DNA of 38,317 nucleotides from positions 1 to 38,317 of the forward strand of contig JBIKIB010000001.1 of NCBI GenBank assembly GCA_044361845.1, written 5' to 3'. Numbering within the stretch: the first letter of the stretch is position 1; each line of letters starts with the position of its first letter. Below the pieces are notes generated by a model. It was not told the origin of the DNA and did no database searches. It saw only the letters and a list, made by a program, of their open reading frames with translations. This DNA comes from Chitinophagaceae bacterium. Lineage in GTDB: Bacteria; Bacteroidota; Bacteroidia; Chitinophagales; Chitinophagaceae. Shown here in pieces: positions 10,580-19,613 of the stretch. Position numbers and translations under genes: made by a program.

Positions 10580-11460
10580 AGATCCTGATGACGGGTGCAA
10601 GCGGATTCCTTGGCGGTATCATGAAACGCACCCTCGAAACACACGATATCATCACTGTGGGCAGACACCCTTCGGACAATATCCCGTGCGATCTCAGCTT
10701 GGCAATACCTAGGCTGGTTGAATCGGACATCGTTGTACATGCCGCAGGTAAGGCGCATGTCATCCCCAAAGACCGATCGGAGGAACAGGCATTCTTCGAC
10801 GTGAACCTGGAAGGAACAAAGAACCTCCTGAAAGGCATCTCCAAGCTGGAATCCGCACCGACCGGCTTCGTATTCATCAGCACCGTCGCTGTTTATGGTG
10901 TGGAAACAGGTGCATTGATATCCGAGGATCATCCGATGATGGGAAACACACCCTATGCCCTGTCAAAGATCAAAGCGGAACAGGAAGTGCTTTCCTGGGG
11001 TGCATCGTCGGGTGTGCCTGTCGCCATACTCCGGCTGCCACTCGTAGTGGGACCGGATGCACCTGGTAACCTCGGTGCGATGGTGAGGCATTTGCGAAGA
11101 GGCACGTACCTGCGCATCGGAGATGGCGCGGCACGCAGGTCAATGGTGCTCGCAGAGGATGTGGCAAGATTGATACCCAGCCTGAAAGGGAAAACGGGTA
11201 TTTACAACCTCACCGACAGGATGAACCCTTCGATCGCAGAACTCGACAGTGCCATTGCTGCCAGTATGCAAAAAAATATATTGGTCATCCCTTCGTTTGT
11301 CGCATCCTTACTGGCAAAACTGGGCGATTTGATCCCGCGATCCCCTTTCAATACTTACCGTTTTGATAAATTGAGACAGTCACTCACTTTCACGGATGAT
11401 AAAGCAGTGAGAGAACTTGATTGGGCACCGAAATCGGTGCTGTCAGGAGATTTCCTTTAA
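10576..11460 (+). CDS. NAD-dependent epimerase/dehydratase (WbpV/WbpK-like 4-reductase)
   Basis: Start reassigned to the ATG at 10576 (ATGA overlap with the acyltransferase stop). TGASGFLG, HAAGKAH, ISTVAVYG and YALSK (YxxxK). Confidence 0.88.
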   Translation: MKILMTGASGFLGGIMKRTLETHDIITVGRHPSDNIPCDLSLAIPRLVESDIVVHAAGKAHVIPKDRSEEQAFFDVNLEGTKNLLKGISKLESAPTGFVFISTVAVYGVETGALISEDHPMMGNTPYALSKIKAEQEVLSWGASSGVPVAILRLPLVVGPDAPGNLGAMVRHLRRGTYLRIGDGAARRSMVLAEDVARLIPSLKGKTGIYNLTDRMNPSIAELDSAIAASMQKNILVIPSFVASLLAKLGDLIPRSPFNTYRFDKLRQSLTFTDDKAVRELDWAPKSVLSGDFL

Positions 11461-11472
11461 AACACAGATATC

Positions 11473-12495
11473 ATGATCATGGAGATGATGAACGTATTTA
11501 TTTTCATCGCATTGCTGGGGATCTCAGTATGGATCTATATACGGATAGCGGATAGGCTTGACATCATTGATAAGCCCAACATGCGATCATCACACAGCAT
11601 ACCCGTCATCAGGGGTGGAGGCATCATCTTCCCGATTGCATGGTTATTGTATGCTGTATGGAACGGGATGGCTTTCCCATGGTTCACCGCAGGACTGCTG
11701 TTGATATCGACGATAAGCTTCATCGATGATATGACACCCCTCAGTGCCACAAAAAGATTCCTCGCACACATGATCTCGTTCGCACTTTTCTTCACCGAAC
11801 TCGGGCTTTGGACGGCCTGGCCATGGTGGTTGCTGCTATTGGCCTTCATCCTTTGTATCGGTACGATCAACGCTTTTAATTTCATGGATGGCATCAATGG
11901 TATCACAGGAATGTATGCACTCGCAACCTTGATCCCCATCGCACACTTCATCGATGGAGGCATCATGAAGGGTTTGCAATCGATCGGTTCCCCCATTTTG
12001 CCCATGATCTATGCGATCCTGATCTTCGGTTTTTATAATTTCAGGAAACGCGCAAGATGCTTCGCCGGGGATGTCGGAAGCATCTCCCTGGGATTCATAC
12101 TTATATTCATTTTGATGACGATCATGACGGGGCAAGACAGGGATCTTGGTCTACGTCTTCCGGATGTGAGTGGTCAGGAGTGGAAATACATCCTGTTCTT
12201 TTCCGTATACGGGGTCGACTCGGTACTGACGATCCTGCAGAGATTATACCATAAGGAGAATATTTTCGAAGCACATCGAAAACATCTGTATCAGTACATG
12301 GCGAATGAAAACAGGATACCACACTTGAACATATCAATGGGCTATGCGTTGATCCAGTTCGGGATCAATATGTATGTGATCGCAAATCCCATTTCTCCAT
12401 TGGCTTTCCTGTTCATGATCATCGTGCAAGTGATCACGTACACGATATTCAAATACAGCATCATCCGGAAGTTGAGCAAGGCATCACAGGAATGA
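11473..12495 (+). CDS. MraY-family undecaprenyl-phosphate N-acetylhexosamine-1-P transferase (WbpL/WecA-like)
   Basis: IDKPNMRSSH..P..RGGG, SFIDD, NAFNFMDGINGI, FAGDVGS and HRKHLYQ motifs. Confidence 0.92.
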   Translation: MIMEMMNVFIFIALLGISVWIYIRIADRLDIIDKPNMRSSHSIPVIRGGGIIFPIAWLLYAVWNGMAFPWFTAGLLLISTISFIDDMTPLSATKRFLAHMISFALFFTELGLWTAWPWWLLLLAFILCIGTINAFNFMDGINGITGMYALATLIPIAHFIDGGIMKGLQSIGSPILPMIYAILIFGFYNFRKRARCFAGDVGSISLGFILIFILMTIMTGQDRDLGLRLPDVSGQEWKYILFFSVYGVDSVLTILQRLYHKENIFEAHRKHLYQYMANENRIPHLNISMGYALIQFGINMYVIANPISPLAFLFMIIVQVITYTIFKYSIIRKLSKASQE

Positions 12496-12527
12496 TAGCA
12501 AGAATAGCGGATATCTGTCGTACACCA

Positions 12528-14390
12528 TCATGCAGCATTGATATGAAGGTATTCCAGTGCCCTTGATTTCACCGTCTCCAAGGGTTCTTTCTGGATGAAC
12601 AATCTACCCCAGACCTCTACACAGGCCAACTTGGCCAACAGATATCGCTCCGTATCCCGCTCCAGCATATCCACTGCACGATTGTTGTATTGCATGAGCT
12701 CTTGCAGGAATCCCCCCTTGAAAAATCCTTTTTTGATCTCCATGTTCAGCAATCCGAACAATGGGAAACCTTTCTTCTCCCGATAATTCAGGCTGTCAGG
12801 AAGATACTTCTCCGCGTACTTCCGTACGATGAATTTATCGATGAGGAATGGATGTTTATAGTTATGGAACCGGTGCGTCTTACCGATCTTTATCCCGATA
12901 GGTGCATTCATGGCGAAACGCATAAGGTCCTCATCCAGGAAAGGGAAGCGTGATTCGATGCTATGCATCATTCCCATTCTGTCATTCCGCCACAACAAGG
13001 CATGAAGGCTCCTGCCGAGCATTTCTATGGTGAGGATATGGTCTGCCTTCATCTTTGCGTTTCCTACGAAATCAAAAGCCTCCTGATAAGATGCCATCAT
13101 GGACTGACGTTCAAAACCAAATGGCATGTATAGAAGATCCCTGTTGTAATTGTTCTTGTTCAGGTTGAGATATCTTGTCAGACCGGGTATTTTCTTATAC
13201 AGACCCGTGGTCAGATTGTAGGGAAGATTGATGAGGCCATCCCATTTACGCGTCAGCAGTCTTGGATACCCCAGGAAGAGTTCGTCTGAACCTTCTCCGG
13301 TCATCACGGCTTTCACGCCACTATTCCTTGCAAGCTTCGCCACCCCCTGAAAAGGTATCGCATTGCTATGAACAACGATCGGGGCTTCATAATACCAAGT
13401 GGTCTCTACGAGATCCCTGATGAGGTTCTCCGGTTCGAAATCATATACATGCAAGGGTTGACCGATGCTCTCTGCAAGCAGCTTACTGAACGGCAGCTCA
13501 GAATATTTCCCTACGACATTCGCAGTGAACATATCGATGCGCTGATCCTTGCTGGCAACAGATGCTATGAGCGATGAATCTATACCACCGCTCACAAAAG
13601 CCCCCATGCCGACATCACTCATCAACATCGACGATACACTCGATGAGAATAAACGATCGAACTCCCCCAGAAGAGAATTCTGATCCATTCGGTGGAGTTC
13701 CTCATAGTATGGCCGGTCAACAAGATCTGTGATCTTGAAATAATGCGAGACCGATACATCATTCCCAAGGGCATTCAATCGTAAGATCGCCCCCGGTTCG
13801 AGTTGAGACATGGACTCAAATGCAGTGGCTGTCCGGGAGAATTCCAGTTCTCCAAGGGCTGCACTCATGGTCGTTGCCTTGTTGGGTTTTATATCAAAAT
13901 GCGTCGTGATGAGTTTGAGTTCTGAGCTGAATACGAATTCCCCCGGGCCTTGAAAATAAAACAAAGGTTTTATACCGATCCGGTCACGCACCAGGCAGAT
14001 TTCTTTCGTATTACGGTCCATCCATGCAAAAGCGAACATACCATGTATGGCATTCGAAGCCTTCTCGACACCATAATGCTTCAGCAAGTAAAACAATGTC
14101 TCCGTGTCGGATGTCGAACGGAATGCTTGTGAAGAAAGCATACTTGTCCGGAGTTTCTGATGATTGTAGATCTCTCCGTTGAACAGGAGCACATGTGTTT
14201 CATCCATGAATGGCTGATGCGCATTCGTGGACAGGTCGACAAGGCTGAGTCGGTTGTGTACGAAACCCACATTGTCATCTTTGAAATATCCGGTATGATC
14301 GGGACCGCGATGTATGATCGTACGGGCAAAACTTTCCAGAAGTGAATCGGAAACTGACTGATTACTGACGATACCGGCAAAGCCACACAT
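12528..14390 (-). CDS. asnB: Asparagine synthase (glutamine-hydrolysing)-like amidotransferase
   Basis: MCGFAG (N-terminal nucleophile Cys), HRGPD, FNGEIYN, SDTE, RDRIGIKPL, SGGIDSS, GEGSDELFLGY and ESRFPFLD. Confidence 0.92.
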   Translation of the reverse strand: MCGFAGIVSNQSVSDSLLESFARTIIHRGPDHTGYFKDDNVGFVHNRLSLVDLSTNAHQPFMDETHVLLFNGEIYNHQKLRTSMLSSQAFRSTSDTETLFYLLKHYGVEKASNAIHGMFAFAWMDRNTKEICLVRDRIGIKPLFYFQGPGEFVFSSELKLITTHFDIKPNKATTMSAALGELEFSRTATAFESMSQLEPGAILRLNALGNDVSVSHYFKITDLVDRPYYEELHRMDQNSLLGEFDRLFSSSVSSMLMSDVGMGAFVSGGIDSSLIASVASKDQRIDMFTANVVGKYSELPFSKLLAESIGQPLHVYDFEPENLIRDLVETTWYYEAPIVVHSNAIPFQGVAKLARNSGVKAVMTGEGSDELFLGYPRLLTRKWDGLINLPYNLTTGLYKKIPGLTRYLNLNKNNYNRDLLYMPFGFERQSMMASYQEAFDFVGNAKMKADHILTIEMLGRSLHALLWRNDRMGMMHSIESRFPFLDEDLMRFAMNAPIGIKIGKTHRFHNYKHPFLIDKFIVRKYAEKYLPDSLNYREKKGFPLFGLLNMEIKKGFFKGGFLQELMQYNNRAVDMLERDTERYLLAKLACVEVWGRLFIQKEPLETVKSRALEYLHINAA

Positions 14391-14476
14391 CTATTTTGTG
14401 ATTTTTATAGGGCTGAGGAATGAGTTGATTTCCAGCTAACATCCCGGAAAGGAGCTGGAACGACAATGAATACCCT

Positions 14477-14484
14477 CAAAGATA
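14477..14484 (-). promoter_or_regulatory. Bacteroidota sigma-A -7 element (TATCTTTG) for the asnB-like gene
   Basis: CAAAGATA on + strand equals TAnnTTTG on -. A TTTG (-33-like) lies at 14503-14506 with an 18-nt spacer. Confidence 0.6.
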
Positions 14485-14657
14485 AAATTGTAATCGTAAA
14501 GTCAAAATAGGAGAAAGTAATTTACATGTTCGCGTATGACCCGATGACGGTGATCATAACGTAATTGGTAGCATAGCGACATCATTCAAGAAATGATCAT
14601 ACGGGAAGTACGCACTATGCAAAAGGTCAATCGTTGCGTTACATTGGCGAAATAATA

Positions 14658-16607
14658 TCAAACGCCCTTGCTTCCGAGTATTCTGGATGCGTCTGAAGTA
14701 TCCAATGCACTCAAGGGTCGAAGCAGTTTCACATCTGTATGAAGGATCTCGGTTTCCATGGTGTATTCTGGTACGATCCTCCGGAAGAGATGCCTGATCG
14801 CAAGGCTGTTGCCGTCATTCCTCAAGGCCATCTGTATCAATTTATCAAAATTCTCATGAAACCTTTCATCCGATTTTCGATGTTGGGCTTTGAGGATTTT
14901 CGGATGATGGGTCGGCAGTGGACTTTCTTCCGTCTTGAATAATTCTTCATGCAGTTTTTCCCCTTTGCGCAATCCGGAGAACTCGATTTTTATATCCACA
15001 TCTGGCTTGTAACCTGCCAGCTGGATCATTTTCTTCGCCATGTCAAGTATCTTTTCAGGCTTGCCCATGTCGAAAACAAAAATCTCACCGCCCTGTCCCA
15101 TGATAGATGCTTCTATAACCAGACTGCTAGCCTCAGGTATCGTCATGAAAAAACGGGAAATCTCCGGATGCGTCACCGTGACCGGTCCGCCCTTTTCAAT
15201 TTGCTGTCGGAAAAGTGGCACGACAGATCCATTCGATCCCAGGACGTTCCCGAAACGGGTGGTTATGAAATGGGTATTGCCCGTATGCTCCAGCGAATTG
15301 ACATATACTTCAGCGATCCGTTTTGTCGCACCCATCAGATTGGTCGGATTGACCGCCTTGTCCGTGGAGATCATCACGAATTTTCGCACACCATTCTTCA
15401 AGGCTGCATCAGACAAGATCATCGTTCCATACACATTTGTGAGGATCACTTCACATGGGAAATTCTCCAGGATCGGAACATGCTTGTAAGCGGCTGCATG
15501 ATAAACATAATCAGGTTTGTTTTCACTCATGATCTCGCAAACTCTTTGCCTGTCGCGGATCGTGGCAAGTTCGATGCATAACTCCACATCGTTTTTGTTA
15601 AGATGCTGAAGCTCATTGAAGATGTCGTGGAGGCCTGACTCAGACTGATCCAGGAGAATTAACCTGTTCAGTTTGTAACGACAAAGTTGGCGGCATATCT
15701 CGCTTCCTATGCTGCCAGCAGCACCTGTCACCAATACGGTCATTCCGTGAAGCTCCGCATCTGTTTTTTCATTCGTGAGGATGATGGAGTCCCGGTTGAG
15801 GATTGACTCGATCGTCATCTCTTTTATCTGCTTCGACTGTATCTTCCCCTTGATCAATTCATTCAATGGCGGAATCACCGTTGGCCTGATACCATTCTCG
15901 CTGCAGATGGCCAGGAGTTCAGTTTTCTTCAATGGGGTGATATGCTCTTCTGCAAGGATGAACTCACGGACCCTGTTGATACGAATGAAATTCGACAGGG
16001 ATCTGGATTCACTTGTGATGATCTTTCTTCCGGATATCAATTTACCGATACGGTCTTTGCCATCATCCACAAAAGCCAATACATGTTTGTTTTTATCCTT
16101 CTCCATTTCTACGGCACGCATGGTGGAAATACCCAGGGTATTTGCACCGTATATGAGGACATGCTGTTTGTTCTTTGAAAATCGACGCCCCATGCCAAAC
16201 ACCTCTTTTATCATCAGCCTGAATGCGATCATAAAAACACCCGATAAAAGGGCATTGATGAATAAGATCATCCTGCCATTGATGATCTCAGGGAATTTAT
16301 CAGAAAGAATGGGGTAACATACCATCCAGATCACGAATTGTAAAAGCCCGAATTTCATGATCGTCAGTACATCCCTGATGGATGAATAACGAATGATCCC
16401 GGCATGTGTCTGTAAGGCCAACATGCAAATACTGGTGATGACCGCATTCACCAATGACATGAGAATGAGCTGAGATGACTGCAAAAGGACAGGCTTGAAC
16501 TGGCTGGCGACCAGAAAAGCAGAGAAAAAAGCCAGCAACGCCAATGCCTGTTCGATTCCGAAAATCAACCAGCGAGAAGCAACTTTGTTGTAATTGTAAC
16601 CCAGCAT
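14658..16607 (-). CDS. Membrane-anchored UDP-GlcNAc 4,6-dehydratase (CapD/WbpM/PglF family)
   Basis: Four N-terminal TM segments; TGAAGSIGSE, HAAAYKHVP, STDKAVNPTNLMGATK (MxxxK variant), RFGNVLGSNGSVVP and GEKLHEEL. Confidence 0.95.
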   Translation of the reverse strand: MLGYNYNKVASRWLIFGIEQALALLAFFSAFLVASQFKPVLLQSSQLILMSLVNAVITSICMLALQTHAGIIRYSSIRDVLTIMKFGLLQFVIWMVCYPILSDKFPEIINGRMILFINALLSGVFMIAFRLMIKEVFGMGRRFSKNKQHVLIYGANTLGISTMRAVEMEKDKNKHVLAFVDDGKDRIGKLISGRKIITSESRSLSNFIRINRVREFILAEEHITPLKKTELLAICSENGIRPTVIPPLNELIKGKIQSKQIKEMTIESILNRDSIILTNEKTDAELHGMTVLVTGAAGSIGSEICRQLCRYKLNRLILLDQSESGLHDIFNELQHLNKNDVELCIELATIRDRQRVCEIMSENKPDYVYHAAAYKHVPILENFPCEVILTNVYGTMILSDAALKNGVRKFVMISTDKAVNPTNLMGATKRIAEVYVNSLEHTGNTHFITTRFGNVLGSNGSVVPLFRQQIEKGGPVTVTHPEISRFFMTIPEASSLVIEASIMGQGGEIFVFDMGKPEKILDMAKKMIQLAGYKPDVDIKIEFSGLRKGEKLHEELFKTEESPLPTHHPKILKAQHRKSDERFHENFDKLIQMALRNDGNSLAIRHLFRRIVPEYTMETEILHTDVKLLRPLSALDTSDASRILGSKGV

Positions 16608-17044
16608 AAAATAAAGGAATGGTCATGTAAGAATGACATACAGGTGATTTGCATAGAAAGATTGGTTTTTGGGATATTGAACAAACGAAACATCAAGACA
16701 AATAAATTTGAACGGCCTCAACGCAAATTGCATTGTGCATTCAAATAATACACCTTCGACGTGTCGGCGAAATACTTTGAGTGGAGTCAGATAAAAGACA
16801 AAACTGATATGATCAGGTTGTCAATGAGGTAAAAGTGGTACACTTTAAGATTGATAAACAGTCCTTAAGCGTACCGTAAAAATATGGGTTCTGTGGATAA
16901 GAACAATTCAAAATAACGTAAAATGATTTACATCTTTTTCGGATTCATGTAAAATGCTATATACCAATATTTTATGTTAAACAAGAAACGATAAAATCGG
17001 CATAAAACCATGCATTTTCATTCTCGAACTGGCAGCTTTATGCC

Positions 17045-17052
17045 TATATTTG
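17045..17052 (+). promoter_or_regulatory. -7 promoter element TATATTTG for the DUF6089 gene
   Basis: Exact TAnnTTTG 15 nt before the GTG start. Confidence 0.65.
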
Positions 17053-17067
17053 CTCAATTTTTAGATT

Positions 17068-17934
17068 GTGAAATTTTTTTATACCATCATAGTATGCTGT
17101 GCAACCCAATGCCTTCAGGCTCAAGGATTGGGGCTTGAAGTTTTTGGCGGGGTTGTTAACTATCAGGGAGACCTTCGTCAGGAAGTGTATACCTTCCAGG
17201 GCGTCAGAATGGGCGCCGGGGTAGGGATCACGTATGACCTGAACAAGCGGTTTCAAGCGAGGGCAATGCTCATGTCAGGATCCATCTCAGCAGATGATAA
17301 AAATAACAAAGACCCCAGACTATATTACCGAAACCTGAACTTCCGGACAAATATCACAGAGGTCAGCCTACAATTGCTTTTTCATCTTTTGAACAATGAG
17401 TCGGCTCCAATAAATCCATACGCGATTGGTGGGATCGCCTTATTCCGTTTCAATCCTTTTACACAGGATCAGTCAGGGCAGAAATACTTTCTTCAGCCCC
17501 TTGGTACAGAAGGACAGGGCCTTCCCGGATATCCTGAGCCCTTATATAAACTCAATCAATTATCCTTGCCGGTCGGTGGAGGAATCGCATTCCGAATCAA
17601 CGAGCAAGTCACACTCGCCTGGGAGATTTGCTTCCGGATGACGCTGACCGATTATATCGACGATGTGAGCACTGTATACGCTGATGAGTTCGACCTACTT
17701 ATCGGTCGTGGTCCAAAATCGCTGGAACTTGCGTTCAGAGGGTGGGAGCTACCGGGTGTCAACCCTATTTTCCCAACGGGTTACCCCAGCGGATTCATCA
17801 GGGGAAATCCAAATGCAAATGATTGGTATTACTTCTCGGGAATTAAAGCGAATATCCGGCTTAAGACACCAGAGAGGAGCGGATCATCAAAATGGAAGAA
17901 GAGCAAGGGAAGTACCAGTTGCCCAAAATGGTAG
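17068..17934 (+). CDS. DUF6089-family (PorG/PorT-like) outer-membrane beta-barrel protein
   Basis: Signal peptide ending AQ; NYQGDL, RNLNFRT, LQPLGTEGQG, TDYIDDVS, RGNP..NDWY and C-terminal CPKW. Confidence 0.75.
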   Translation: MKFFYTIIVCCATQCLQAQGLGLEVFGGVVNYQGDLRQEVYTFQGVRMGAGVGITYDLNKRFQARAMLMSGSISADDKNNKDPRLYYRNLNFRTNITEVSLQLLFHLLNNESAPINPYAIGGIALFRFNPFTQDQSGQKYFLQPLGTEGQGLPGYPEPLYKLNQLSLPVGGGIAFRINEQVTLAWEICFRMTLTDYIDDVSTVYADEFDLLIGRGPKSLELAFRGWELPGVNPIFPTGYPSGFIRGNPNANDWYYFSGIKANIRLKTPERSGSSKWKKSKGSTSCPKW

Positions 17935-17955
17935 TCATTCAGAATCAGGGATCTC

Positions 17956-17982
17956 AAAAAAAACAGGGGCTTTTGCCCCTGT
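17956..17982 (-). terminator. Rho-independent terminator for ndk (hairpin between convergent genes)
   Basis: On -: ACAGGGGC-AAAA-GCCCCTGT followed by a T run. Confidence 0.85.
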
Positions 17983-18025
17983 GAATAAGCTATGCAACGG
18001 AGAAGGATAAAGAATCTTCCGCTAC

Positions 18026-18442
18026 TCACCACTGCTCCATACCGCTGAAGAAGAAACTTCCTTCAATCGCAGCATTTTCGTCACTATCACTCCCATGCAC
18101 TGCATTCTTGCCAAGACTCTCCGCATATATTTTCCGGATGGTACCCGCATCAGCCTTTGAAGGATCAGTGGCTCCGATGAGTTTCCTGAAATCTTCAACG
18201 GCGTTGTCTTTTTCAAGGATCGCGGCTACGATCGGTCCGCTGCTCATGAAATCAACCAATTCGCCATAGAACGGCCGAGCCTGATGCACTGCATAGAATT
18301 CACCCGCTTTCTCTGAAGACAGCAAGGTTTTTTTCAAGGCAACGATGCGAAAGCCGGCCTTTTCGATCATGGACAGGATATCTCCGGAATTGCCCTTCGA
18401 GAAAGCATCCGGCTTGATCATGGTAAATGTTCTGTTATGCAT
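18026..18442 (-). CDS. ndk: Nucleoside diphosphate kinase
   Basis: [29 protein letters not shown] and NAVHGSDS. Start set at MHNRTF (18442), giving 138 aa. Confidence 0.97.
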   Translation of the reverse strand: MHNRTFTMIKPDAFSKGNSGDILSMIEKAGFRIVALKKTLLSSEKAGEFYAVHQARPFYGELVDFMSSGPIVAAILEKDNAVEDFRKLIGATDPSKADAGTIRKIYAESLGKNAVHGSDSDENAAIEGSFFFSGMEQW

Positions 18443-18469
18443 GTAGGAATATTTTTTTATGTTGCGGCG

Positions 18470-18477
18470 CAAAGTTA
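18470..18477 (-). promoter_or_regulatory. -7 promoter element TAACTTTG for ndk
   Basis: CAAAGTTA on + strand, 27 nt upstream of the ATG. Confidence 0.65.
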
Positions 18478-18576
18478 CATTAATTAGACCGGCAAACGAA
18501 TTCCACAAGACAAAAGAGACAATTTTCAAAAACTTTATGAGCGGTGGCTGTAACTTGCAGTTTACGAGCTTATCCT

Positions 18577-18584
18577 TACCTTTG
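18577..18584 (+). promoter_or_regulatory. -7 promoter element TACCTTTG for nrnA-FKBP
   Basis: Exact TAnnTTTG 9 nt before the ATG at 18594, implying a near-leaderless mRNA. Confidence 0.65.
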
Positions 18585-18593
18585 CCGACCTTA

Positions 18594-19613
18594 ATGAAGC
18601 CGATCCAGCAGTTATACCCCGAACTCCAGCTCCCACGAAAAGTGGTGATCACCATGCATCAGAAACCAGATCCCGATGCCATGGGGTCATCACTTGGTCT
18701 ATATCATTTCCTGATCCAGTTCGGTCATGATGTGACGGTCATCTCCCCCACAAATTGGCCGGATTTTCTGAACTGGATGCCCGGATGCAAACAGGTCCTG
18801 GATTACGAAGCACATAAAGAAACAGCCGATACGCTGCTGGATGAAACAGACTGGCTCTTCTGCCTAGACTTCAATGCGCTATACCGCACTAGAAAAATGG
18901 CTGCCAAATTGGAAAGCATCCAGGCCGTGAAGATCATGCTCGACCATCACGAAGAACCCCAAACTTCCGTCTTTCAATACGGCATCAGCGTCATCCCTAA
19001 AAGCTCGACCGCTGAAATGATCTATGACTTCATCGTGGATTCAGGACATGCTGAAAAGATAAACACTGCCATTGCTCAGTGCCTTTACGCAGGGGTGATG
19101 TCAGACACCGGTAGTTTCAGATTTCCGGTCACCACCCCAAGTGTTCATTCCATGGTGGCAGCACTCAAACACACAGGCTTCAACCACTCCAAAGTACACG
19201 AGGAAATTAATGACAATTTCCTCGAAAACAGACTACGGTTCCTGGGTCACGTGCTCTCCAACCGAATGGAAGTGTACTATGAATACAACACCGCACTGAT
19301 CTACATACCTAAGTCTGATATCCTGAGGTTTCACATCCGAACCGGAGACACGGAAGGAATCGTGAACTATCCCTTGTCCATTAAAGGAATACGCTTTGCA
19401 GCACTGTTGATCGATCGTGACGAAGAAAGGCGCTGGTCATTCAGAAGCAAGGATGAGTTCGATTGCAATAGTTTTGCCAGAAAACATTTCGATGGTGGCG
19501 GACATTTCAACGCTGCTGGAGGCAGAAGTGGCGAATCCATCGATGAAAACATCCGCCGTTTCAAAGAAGCACTAAAGGAATATAACTTCGAACTCAAACC
19601 AAACCACCCATAA
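18594..19613 (+). CDS. nrnA: DHH/DHHA1 phosphoesterase (nanoRNase/pAp phosphatase NrnA)
   Basis: [23 protein letters not shown] and [10 protein letters not shown]. Start moved to MKPIQ. Confidence 0.9.
   Translation: MKPIQQLYPELQLPRKVVITMHQKPDPDAMGSSLGLYHFLIQFGHDVTVISPTNWPDFLNWMPGCKQVLDYEAHKETADTLLDETDWLFCLDFNALYRTRKMAAKLESIQAVKIMLDHHEEPQTSVFQYGISVIPKSSTAEMIYDFIVDSGHAEKINTAIAQCLYAGVMSDTGSFRFPVTTPSVHSMVAALKHTGFNHSKVHEEINDNFLENRLRFLGHVLSNRMEVYYEYNTALIYIPKSDILRFHIRTGDTEGIVNYPLSIKGIRFAALLIDRDEERRWSFRSKDEFDCNSFARKHFDGGGHFNAAGGRSGESIDENIRRFKEALKEYNFELKPNHP

Noticed and set aside
12528-14390. AsnB as a lasso-peptide cyclase or RiPP enzyme
   Set aside because: It has an intact glutaminase Cys and a glycan context; no B1/B2 proteins or precursor peptide are nearby.
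14430-14460. CCGGAAAGG hairpin as SRP RNA or riboswitch
   Set aside because: Lacks the SRP CAGG/AGCA internal loop and is too short; kept only as a leader hairpin.
14949-16317. 210-, 149- and 180-aa + strand ORFs opposite capD
   Set aside because: Antisense shadows fully inside a confident CDS.
17980-17988. TGTGAATAA DnaA-box match
   Set aside because: Single copy overlapping a terminator arm between convergent genes; likely chance.
18443-18655. Apparent overlap of long ndk (209 aa) and nrnA (384 aa) ORFs
   Set aside because: Artefact of longest-ORF calling. Family N-termini and -7 elements place the starts at 18442 and 18594.
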